Assembly: GCA_951406725.2 (NCBI GenBank)
Contig: OX597839.1
Span: 2,728,001 to 2,792,000 of the forward strand
Origin: Octopus vulgaris
Lineage: Eukaryota
Direction: 5' to 3'
DNA: 64,000 nt
Under the pieces are notes generated by a model. That model had not been told where the DNA came from and searched no databases. It saw nothing but the letters and a program-made list of their open reading frames with translations. Shown piece after piece: positions 53,363 through 64,000 of the stretch. Both the position numbers and the translations under genes were made by a program. How positions within the stretch are numbered: the stretch's first letter is position 1; every line of letters begins with the position of its first letter.

Positions 53363-54438
53363 AAGTATGTATGGATGCCAGTTACAGGACATCAGCATTG
53401 GCTACATTGTAAATGAATATGCATTTCATTTGACTGAGTAATCTAAATACTAAATCAGCCCCAGCACTTTATTTCCATTGAACATTTTGATACATTCTCT
53501 GCCTGAGCTTGGGCTGGCAGCTGAACATACCAAGTTGTTATTGGAGGTGTCACAGCATGGTGATTTATTTGGTACATTCCTATTATTGACAGCCATTTTT
53601 TTTTTTTTTAAATTTCTATAAGAATTGGAGAGCAAAAATGTAATAAATTTATGAATTTGTTTTGCAAGATTCCTGATGTAAAATCATGTCTTGAAACAGA
53701 TATTGGTATATTTTAGGATGGTCATTTTTTTTTTCTTGCCAAATAAACACATGCACTCTATATTTGTTCTTCACTTGTTTATTATTGTTCTTTTTTTAAC
53801 GTATGTCCATTGTCTGGAAATCATTTGTCACACACCTGTGACCTCTTCAGCGACTCCAACATCCCATGTGTCTCTTCCTGTTCTGTTTAGTCCATTCTTG
53901 GATAAAGACTACCAAAATATATTGATATGCAGTAATCTCTCGACTATTGTGTGTGTTACATTCCAAAACCCTGTGGCTGAGTGGTTAGGATGTTGGACTC
54001 ATTATTGTAAGATTGTGGTTTCGAGTCCTGGATTGGGTGCCATATTGTGTTCCTGAGCAGAGCACTTCATTTCATTTTGCTCCAATCTACTCAGCTGGCA
54101 AAAATGAGTAAACTCTGTGACAGACTGGTGTCCTGTCCAGGTGAGGACTTTATACACCTTGAAACCAGGAAACTGGTCCTTATGAGTCGGCATGACTTGG
54201 AGAAGGTAATTTTACCTCTACCATTATATATATATATGTGCGTGTTTGTGTATACGTGTGTTGGTGCGTGTACCCTTGTCATGGCATCACATGATACCCG
54301 TAAACTGTCGTACAAGTGGTGTTGTTTTTTGCCAGTCTTCTGTGGAAAAAAACATGGGAAATGTTACCTTGCATGGAAACAGGTGAGAGGGTTAAAAACA
54401 GAAAGGGTATCTGGCCAGAGAAAATTCAGCAAATTCTG

Positions 54439-54826
54439 GGAGTGGCTGTGTGGTAAATAGCTTGTTTACCAACCACATGGTTCCGGGTTCAGTCCCACTG
54501 CGTGGCACCTTGGGCAAGTGTCTTCTACTATAGCCTCGGGCCGACCAAAGCGTTGTGAGTGGATTTGGTAGACGGAAACTGAAAGAAGCCCGTCGTATAT
54601 ATGTATATATATGCGTGTGTGTGTTTGTGTGTCTGTGTTTGTCCCTCTAACATTGCTTGACAACTGATGCTGGTGTGTTTATGTCCCTGTTACTTAGCGG
54701 TTCAGCAAAACAGACCGATAGAATAAGTACTGGGCTTACAAAAGAATAAGTCCCGGGGTCGAGTTGCTTGATTAAAGGCGGTGCTCCAGCATGGCCGCAG
54801 TCAAATGACTGAAACAAGTAAAAGAG
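54439..54826 (+). mobile_element. Young SINE family A
   Basis: Near-identical to 17683-18106 with CpGs retained. Confidence 0.9.
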
Positions 54827-55359
54827 ATCCATGTAACCTTAGAAAAATGGACCTTAAATGATGATAATGGTGATATAACTATATTCTGAATACGCTTAGA
54901 CGTATGCACACATGTGCCCAGACACATGCAGAATTGAGTGAAAACACACACATACACATATATTCTCTTTTACTGTTGGGGCACCGTTTTGAAGAATTTT
55001 AGTCAAATGAATTGACCCCAGTAGTTATTTTCATTTCAAAGCCTTGTACTTATTCTTTTGGTCTCTCTTGCAGAACCACTAAGTTACAGGGACGTAAACA
55101 TACTAACACCAGTTGTCAAATAGTGGTGGGGGACAAACACACACACGTGCACATGCGATGGGCTTCTTTCAGTTTCCATCTCAAGTATCCACTCTCAAGG
55201 CTTTGATCAAGGTAGCATGCAGTAGGACTGAATCCAGAACAGTGCGGTTGAGAAGCAAACTTCTTACTGCACAGCCACACCTGCAGCTATTTAACTGTTA
55301 ATGTATTCTTCTAAATACATTTAGACATATCCACACATATACACAAACAAATACAGAAA

Positions 55360-55366
55360 TGTGTGA

Positions 55367-55398
<32 letters not shown>

Positions 55399-56035
55399 TT
55401 GCTTTTTCATTCACATCCATCCGCTTCTACTAATATTTTCTTAATTGTTTTCTTTGTACACTTGTACACATACACACTTGTGATCATTCAGAAACTGCTT
55501 TTCTCATACAATCTCTCCTCACACATACATACTTTTCCACACACTCACATGTATGAAATTGCAGGCACTCAAGAATTGTGCACCATCAACTCGTAATTGT
55601 AGATTCATCATAGTTACTAACGTACGAGTGTGCATACATGCAGGTATGTATGTGTATATTTATGCATTGTATGCAAGCATACACACACACACACCGTACA
55701 GCTGCTTTCTTAGTTACTGCCTAACAAGTTCAATGCCAAAAAGCACACTTAAGAGGTCACCATGCACACACACACACACACACACAGATATACAAGTTTG
55801 CTCTTATATACCCACTGCTAGGAATACATACAAAAACACACACATACACACACACAGAGTTACTGTCTTACAAACTTACAGTCAGAACCCCCCCCCACAC
55901 ACACATGCATATTACATGCACACATACAGTCAGTCACATACTTATATACTATATACACTGTGCCAGAAACACACACATACATACATGTAGTTACTGTCTA
56001 ATGAATTGTCAGAAACACACATATAATCACGCATT

Positions 56036-56066
<31 letters not shown>

Positions 56067-56404
56067 CACACATGTAAAATACATGCACATGCACACCCAT
56101 CATACCAACATATTTACACACACACATTGCATGCACACATGCAGTCAGTCACAGCCTCATATATTACACACACTGTGCCAGAAACACACACACATATGCA
56201 CACATACACACAAATGCATGTTGTTAGTCACATATACTCTATGCACTTTCAGAGTCACACACACACACACACACACACATAAACACATACACAGATTTTC
56301 TGTCTGACAAATTACAGTCAGAAACATACACACGCACAAGCAGAAACCTTACACGTATATGCAGTCAGTCATACACACATACTTATACACACTGCCAAGA
56401 AACT

Positions 56405-56440
<36 letters not shown>
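55360..56440. repeat. Long CA-rich low-complexity region with recurrent cagtcag/tgccagaaacacac units
   Basis: Direct inspection. Confidence 0.85.
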
Positions 56441-56441
<1 letters not shown>

Positions 56442-56839
56442 TTGCTATAAAATGTCTATGCACAAGAAGTTGTGGTGGTGGTGGTGGAGGCAGCGTAAGG
56501 AAGAGAGGGTATGTAGTTCCATGCCTGTGATGATGTGTGAGATGTTAATTAGAGACAGTTCAGTTGGATGTGCCATCAAAAGGCATCGGATGAGTCACTG
56601 TTTGGCTGAGGTGTGAGAACAGCAGCAGCAGCAGCAGTAGCAGCAGCAACAGCAACAGCGGCAATGGTAGCAGTGTTATTACTACTGGCAAGATGTTAGT
56701 GTGTCAGAAGAGCCTTTACAGAAAGGCTGTGTATATACATGTATATGTGTGTGATGATGGAGCGATGGGGAATAGAAAATGAGGGTGAGAAGGTAGATGA
56801 TGAAGATGAGGGGTAGAGAAGAGGAAGGATGCTATAGTG

Positions 56840-57451
56840 CAGTGTTTCTCAACCAATTTTTACCTATGGACCCTTTTGATTCCTATTTTGCTTCTATGGA
56901 TCCGCCTAGCGATTTGATGTTTTAAAGAATCCCTGTATTTCTATGATTAAATATCACTAGCAGTATCATCTGGTGTTGCTCGGGTTTGTTTCGACCCTTT
57001 AGAATTGGAATTTTTGAAAAGTAAAAATTTTGCATCATGTAGCTTGTTATTCTCTTTAAGTGAACATTTTTCTGCTTGAAATACACCGAAAAATGGCGAC
57101 ACAGCAGTAAAAAAAAATCGTAAAAAATAGGGATTTTCATAGAAAAAAAGCACCTTATTGATGTAAATAATTTTTGGTGTTAACATGGTCTGATTTGAAT
57201 TTTTTCTTCTATGGAAGGAAGAGCAAGCCTTCTTCTTTCATACTCTCAATTTTGGTCAACTTGCGCCGCAGGAGATAGTGTTAGTTTAAGGCTACCAAAC
57301 CTGCCATACACAGACAACTTCAGATTTATATATATAAAGAGATTAGGAATTGTATAAAAAATTTTTTTCTAATATTTTGTGTATTGTAAATGTACAGCAA
57401 AATCTTATATGGATCTGCAAGGGCCGTATGGACCCTCATTGAGAACCACTG
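56840..57451. mobile_element. hAT-like MITE interrupted by a Helitron-like element
   Basis: TIR cagtgtttctcaa / ttgagaaccactg; degenerate TSD ctatagtg / gtgtagtc. Confidence 0.85.
56957..57342 (-). mobile_element. Non-autonomous Helitron-like element
   Basis: Inserted between A56956 and T57343 with no TSD; minus-strand termini are TC...CTAG. Confidence 0.88.
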
Positions 57452-57699
57452 GTGTAGTCAGAAAAAGGATATAGAAAAGGACAGAGATAAGAGAAGGATA
57501 TAGAAATGAAGGGCATAGCAGAGACAAGAAGGATAAACAAAAGGACAGAGAAGAGAGAAGGATATAGGCAAGAAGGACAGCCAAATTCACTCTCCGGGCA
57601 TTGGTTGGCTTGGGGCTATAATAGAAGATACTTGTCCAAGAGGCAGCACAGTGGGACTGAACCCAAAACCACATGGTTGAAAAGCAAACTTCTTAACCA

Positions 57700-58430
57700 T
57701 GTAGAGAGTGATATAGAACAGCAGGACAGTAAAGACAAGGAAGATACAGTAGACAGAAGGATGTAAGAAGGATTATAGAAGACAGAGGAAGGATACAGAA
57801 CTCAGAATAAGGATACATGAGACAGACAAAACATACAGAAGAGAGAAGAATGATATAGAAAGAAAAAGAATAATATATAAGGATAAAGAATAATATAGAA
57901 GGAAAAGGAATGTTGTGGGAGAAGAATGATAAAGGAGGAAGAATGATGTAGAAAGTAAAGGAATGATATAGAAGGAGAGGGAATAATATAGAAGGAATGA
58001 CAGAACATAAAAGAATGATATAAGAGAAAAATGGTGTAGAAGGGAAAGGAATGATATAGAGGTAGTTGCGTAGTCAGAGTGTGTCACCCAGGATGGTGTA
58101 TGAGCCCCCCTTGCTCATCTCCCACTCTACACAGTTGTTCCTATACAGGTTTATAAAGTTGACCCAAAAGTGCCACCCTGTCGCACCCCACCAGCTGCAG
58201 TAACTGTATAGAAGAGAGAAGGAGGAAGTAAAAGAAAAAAAAAAGGAATGATACAAAAGGAAGAAGAATGAGAAGATAGAAAAGAGAAGAATCTAGTAGA
58301 ATAAAAATGATTGAGAAAGAGAAGGAAATACAGATGAAATGAAAAAAAGAACATAGAAGACAAGAATGTAAAATGATGTGAAATGAAACAATAGAAGAAG
58401 AATATTGAAAAGAATCAGAAGACGAAAGAC
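57700..58430. repeat. Purine-rich degenerate minisatellite (gaatgatatagaagga-like), containing a possible small hAT-type MITE at 58063-58206
   Basis: Recurrent aatgatatagaa units; the insert is flanked by tatagagg / tatagaag. Confidence 0.7.
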
Positions 58431-59128
58431 TCTGTAGATTTATTTCATTCGCTCCTTAGTCATTTTATTTTCAAAAAGCATTCATCATTTTTAATAATAC
58501 TTCATAAATTTTCTTCCCCCTCTCTTATTTATTTATTTATTTATTTATATTTTCATTTGTTGTTTTATATATATATTTTTTCTTTCTCCCCTATTTTCTT
58601 TTAGCACTTTTGTTGTATGTTTTAATTATTTTAACTTTTGTTTTTGTTCTGTGAAGTGAGGTGGAGGTAATGGTTTTAGGGTTCCTCCCACTTCACCTGT
58701 TTTTTTTTTTTTCCTCTTTTCATTTAAATTTATTGGCAGCTTGGCAGAAACCCTACACTTATGGTGGTGGTGGTGGTGGTGGTATTGGTAGGTGTGGTTT
58801 GGGGACAAGAGAATGGGTGGGGTAGGTTGAAATTTGGATTTTTAATTTATTTCACAATTTTGAAAATTTCACAAGTGGAAAAACTATTGAAATATTTATG
58901 AATCTGAGTTTTTAATCTTTGTAGTTTGATTGGAGAACAAATATGTTTACAGGCTAGGGCAACACTACTACTACTACAAATAATAATAATAATAATCCTT
59001 TCCACTGTAGACATATTGCTTGTCGACCCCAGTATTCAACTGGTACTTATTTGATTGACCCTGGAAAGATGAATGGCAAAGTTGTCCTTGGTAGAATTTG
59101 AACTCAAAATGCAAAGATATACAAACTA

Positions 59129-59184
<56 letters not shown>

Positions 59185-60169
59185 GATTATTGTGACTTAT
59201 GAAGTGGTACTGCTGTTTGCAATCATACATCTTTTTACCACCACCACCATTATTGTTAGTAGTAGTAGTAGTAGTAGTAGTATTTTATTTTATTTTCTAA
59301 TGGTTCCATAATTTCACCATCTTGTTGTGATTAGTTTAACTCTCGTACATTTAAAGGTGCACTTAAACAAAAAAAAGTACCCCAAAAAACAAACAACCCT
59401 CCCCCCACACTTCTACTCACCCCTGGAAAGAAAATAGAAAAGAAAAATGTAATGAAAACCATATGGTAGAATTTATTTCTTTTCTATAATCCTCTACACC
59501 ACACTATTTTTTTAAAATCCCTCTTCCCTCTGACTCTTCTTTGAGTTGCAATGTCAATATTAAAATAACAAGAATTTTTAGTAAAAAATGTGTAAAAATA
59601 TGTATTAAAGGAAAGGAAAAAAAAGTTTATCAGAAACGAAAATAAATTCAAGATTATGAAAAAAAAAAAAAAAATTTCTCCAGAGAAGTAATTTAAATAT
59701 GAAAAAGAAAAGCAAAAATTTTAATTTTCTGAGACTTGCATTTGAAAATATCAAGAAGTTGCATTTTCAGCATGTGAAAACTTTATTAAAGTTTATTAAA
59801 GTTAGTATAGGAAATTTGATTAAGGTGGTGGTGGTGGTGGTAGTGAAACTGCAGATGACAATTTCTTAGTAGGGTGGGGTGCCCTGTTAAAAATCTTTGT
59901 TTGATAAGACCAAAAAAAAAAAGAAAAGGAAAAAAAAAAGATAAATATAAATTCACCCTCATCATGAACCCTTTTCATGCACTTAGTTTTTTTTTGTGTG
60001 TGTATGTGTTCCTTGTTTTCAGTTACCTATTGTGTCAGTTAGTAGGAGGAAGTGAAGATTTCAATATTTTTTTTTATAAAAAATTTTCAGTTTTTTTTTT
60101 GTAGAAGTGTCATAAAAGAAAAATGAAACTTAACTAATTACTCCCCTCTTCTTTCATGCCCCAGCAGAA

Positions 60170-60250
60170 AACCTGCCTGTCTGTCAAGTTATCTGTCTAT
60201 TTATCTATCTATCTATCCATCGGCCTTTCTATCATCTTTTCATCTCCCTC

Positions 60251-60306
<56 letters not shown>

Positions 60307-60331
60307 ATCATCTGTCTATCTGTTTGTCCAC

Positions 60332-60406
<75 letters not shown>

Positions 60407-60707
60407 ATCATCTGTCTATCTGTCTGTCCGCCTATCTATCTATCTATCTGTCTGTCTGTCTAATTTCTTTATTGCCCATAGAGGGGACAAACAAGGACAG
60501 ACAAACGGATTAAGTCGATTACATCAACCCCGAAAGGATGAAAGGCAAAGTCGACCTCGACGGAATTTGAACCCACAACGTTCACATGGACGAAATACCG
60601 TCAAGCATTTCGCCTGGTGTACGAACGTTTTTGCCATCTCGCCGCCTATCTATCTGTCTAGCTATCTAACTCTATCTGTCTGCCTATCTGTCTATCTATC
60701 TATCTAT
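60170..60707. repeat. (TATC)n/(TGTC)n microsatellite with a minus-strand SINE B inserted (about 60462-60646)
   Basis: Direct inspection. Confidence 0.92.
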
Positions 60708-61338
60708 GAGCTATTTTTATCATACTTGTGGCTATGGCGAAAGAATGTATCTGGTGGACGCGTCTGAAAGGATTAGAGACAAACACTTTCCTCTCTGGTC
60801 AATCTCTCATCAACTTCTTCAAGTATCACTTGAAGAAAAAAGTGAGAGTAGAGAGGCAAGTTTTGTCTAGTGAATGTTTTAAAAAAAGATGGGTGAATGT
60901 AGCAAGGATGGCACGTATGAATGACGAAGCCACCTTGACTATGATTCTATGAACCGTAAAAATTAATACAGAGAGTTGCTTATTTGCAAAAAAAAAAAAA
61001 AAGAAAAAAAGAAATATAACATGTGACTTCATTGACCGAGGTTACCGTGGTCTTTTCCGTAGGCTTTTCTTTCCACGGGTAAACCTCACCTGTCCTCCCC
61101 TTTACACTTCATATTGACATTTCTGTGATAACGATCCCTATTGATCAATTTTTTTCCTCTCCCCCTTTTTTTTAACCCCCCTTTTTTGTCCTCTTTCTCT
61201 CCTTTTACGATCCCTTTTGATCGACCCCCCTTTTTTTAATTTTAATTTTTATTTTTTATTTTTTTACCTTCAAAAGAAAAGCTCTACCTTGTAATTTGTT
61301 CTATCTGTGTGCAGCCCTGTGTGGCTAATAAAGAAACA
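60708..61338 (+). mobile_element. 5'-truncated L1/Tx1-type LINE: ORF2 C-terminus (to 60952) plus 3' UTR
   Basis: Open frame [21 protein letters not shown]...LINFFKYHLKKKVRVERQVLSSECFKKRW fits the AKxxIWxxR...F...W C-terminal pattern of L1/Tx1 ORF2. It has a pyrimidine-rich UTR, AATAAA at 61327 and (TATC)n on both sides. Confidence 0.78.
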
Positions 61339-61437
61339 TATCTATCTATCTGTCTATTTGTCTTTCTATCTGTCAGTCTATCTGGCTGTCTATCTATCTA
61401 TCTATCTGTCTGTCTGTCTAACTCTGTCTATTTAATG

Positions 61438-61473
<36 letters not shown>

Positions 61474-61660
61474 TTCCCTCTTTCTCTCTCTCTCTCTCTC
61501 TCTGTCTACTATTTAATCCCCTGACATTGTGTGGGAGGAAGGTGGGGGCTTTATACTATTGTAAGAAACGAGATAAGATTCTGAATGATTCTCTTTAAGA
61601 TCAAAATATAAGAAATGTTTGTGTATATATGTATGTATTTGTAGATATGTATGACTGTGC

Positions 61661-61695
<35 letters not shown>

Positions 61696-61929
61696 AACAA
61701 TTTTTGTAAATATGTTTACACACACAGAGAGAAAACCAAGAATGAAGATGGTGAAAGAAATGTCAGAAACTGGAGGATTGGATTATGTCTTTTGATAAAT
61801 GAGGTCGTGTAGGGTTTTTTTTTAATTACTTTTTCTCCCCCTTGTTGGGTGGTTGATGGGGGTTGTCTTGGTGTGTCTGTTTTTTGTTATTGTTATCATT
61901 GATATGCCAGATAATGTTGATTACATGGT

Positions 61930-62209
61930 GCACACACACTCACATGTATCTGTACACAGGCACATGTATGTACATACATGTGTATGTACATACATGTGTA
62001 TGTGTGTGTGTATATATAGATGATGATGATGATGATGATAGAGAGAGAGAGAGAGAGAGGCATGTTTGTGTACTTAATATAAATACACACATACATACAC
62101 ACACAAATATTCATGTGTAGAGCAGCCCATGGAAACACATGTATACACATATGGGAATACTTAAAACACAGGAACATGCATATACACACGTGCATGTGAA
62201 TATATATAT

Positions 62210-62248
<39 letters not shown>

Positions 62249-62480
62249 TACACACATATATATATATATATATATATGCATGTGTGTGTATATATGTATA
62301 CATGCATGCATACTTACATACATACATACAAATACACTTTTGTACAGGCATATCTACACAGGAGTTCATGCGTGTGCACACACACACACACACACACACA
62401 AGTACACACACACTTGCATCAGTTTACATTCATTTCTACATGTCTACACACAATCCCATGCACACACACAACACACACAA
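61930..62480. repeat. Compound (CA)/(TA)/(GA)/(GAT) microsatellite
   Basis: Direct inspection. Confidence 0.9.
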
Positions 62481-62886
62481 ATCATTTCTATCTTTTTTTT
62501 TTTCTTGAATATTATTTTCAATCTTAACATTTGCCAGAATTGTTGTGAAGAGTGCCCAGAATTAAGTTTTTGACATAACACTTCATCACCACCAACACCA
62601 CCACCACCACCACCAACACCACCACACCACACTACTAACTAGACAGATATGGAATTGATGTTACTGGAGCTGTTCTGCATGTTGTATGTGTGTGTATTTT
62701 CGCTGTTTGTCTTCACTGTATTTTTAACATCCTAATTGGATGTTATAAATATATTGAAGATAAACACGTGTGTTTTGGTGCACACACATACACTGATATA
62801 GAGAATCATCATCATCATCATCATTAACATCACTGTCATCATCATCATCTTCGTTGCCGTCATCGTCATCATCATTACAACTACCA

Positions 62887-63102
62887 ATTTCTTTACTGCC
62901 CACAAGGGGCTAAACGTAGAGAGGACAAACGGATTAAGTCGAGTATATCAACCCCAGTGCATAACTGGTACTTATTTGATTGATCCCGAAACAATGAATG
63001 GCAAAGTCGACCTCGGCACAATTTGAACTCAGAACATAGCAGCAGACGAAATGCCGCTAAGCATTTCGCCTGGCGTGCTAACGTTTCTGCCAGCTCACCG
63101 CC
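62887..63102 (-). mobile_element. SINE family B
   Basis: Flanking direct repeat cattacaactacca at 62873-62886 and 63109-63122. Confidence 0.85.
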
Positions 63103-64000
63103 TTATTACATTACAACTACCACCATCACCATCATCATCATTTAATGTCCGTTTTCCATGCTGACACGGGTTGGATGGTTTGACTGAAAACTGGTAAGCT
63201 GGGGAGCTGCATCCAGACTTCAGTCTGATTTTGCATGGTTTCTTCAGCTTGATGCCCTTCCTAATGTCAACCACTCCAAGAATGTAGCGAGTGCTTTTTA
63301 TGTGTCACTGGCACAAGTGCCAGTTATGAAACTGAGCATTGGCCGCGACTACAATCTCACTTGCTTTGACAGGTCTTCTCAAGCATGGTATAACGAGGTC
63401 TTGGTCATTTGTCCCTGCCTTTCTGTGGCCCAAAATTTGAAAGATGCTATTTACATGCCACTAGCATCAGTAATGACTATGATTTCACTTGGCTGGACGG
63501 GTTTTCTCAAGCACAGCATATTGCCTATGTGTTCCTTTATTTATGATGATATACTATGAATTGGGGGAGATTTTGTGACTATTTCTAGCACATTGTGTGA
63601 TCCTGTAGTGGCGTTTATTTTCTTTGATGCATGTTTATTGGCAATGCTCTGCTGATGTCCACCTCTCAAGCTTAGATTTACGAACTCGCATCAGACTGTT
63701 GCTGGTGGAGAGAACATGCTGAGGCCATTGTCTTGCATTGTACTGAACATGGGCAACCCCAAAATACTGCACCCTCTGTCAAGCCAGTGTGGTAGAGTAA
63801 GCTCAACAAATGAATATGATCTCAAGATCAAATTCATGGTCTATACATCAGACCAGTGCTGTTCAAACTTTTTGCTGGAGCGGAACCCCAAGGAAACATT
63901 CCACTGGCTCAAGGAACCCCTGTGCAATAATTTAATAGTTTTATGCATACATATCTGCACAGGAGAATAAAAAATTACTGCTGATTTTAGTAACTTCTTG

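Noticed and set aside
48540-55285. circRNA of the dvl exon driven by flanking inverted SINE A copies
   Set aside because: The copies are diverged, a 70-nt single exon is very short for back-splicing, and there is no direct evidence.
60156-60767. 203-aa ORF
   Set aside because: (TATC)n translation (YLSI repeats) plus an antisense SINE.

Overview
AT-rich, microsatellite- and SINE-saturated animal genomic DNA. The repeat landscape strongly suggests a coleoid cephalopod such as Octopus, which is an inference. The only convincing host coding sequence is a 70-nt + strand exon at 49539-49608 encoding (G)[23 protein letters not shown], the C-terminal end of the Dishevelled DIX domain. The rest of the window is therefore most likely two very large dishevelled introns. 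These contain at least five SINE-like families and a 5'-truncated L1/Tx1-type LINE whose 3' end matches the tail of one SINE family. They also hold decayed Penelope (GIY-YIG), RTE-like RT and mariner coding fragments, plus hAT-, piggyBac-, mariner- and Helitron-type non-autonomous elements in multi-level nests. A 79-bp near-perfect inverted duplication overlaps a candidate poison exon, and there is a 100-N assembly gap. Nearly all ORFs in the supplied track are microsatellite or SINE artefacts. Family letters A-E are my own labels, and repeat boundaries are approximate unless a TSD or TIR is quoted.
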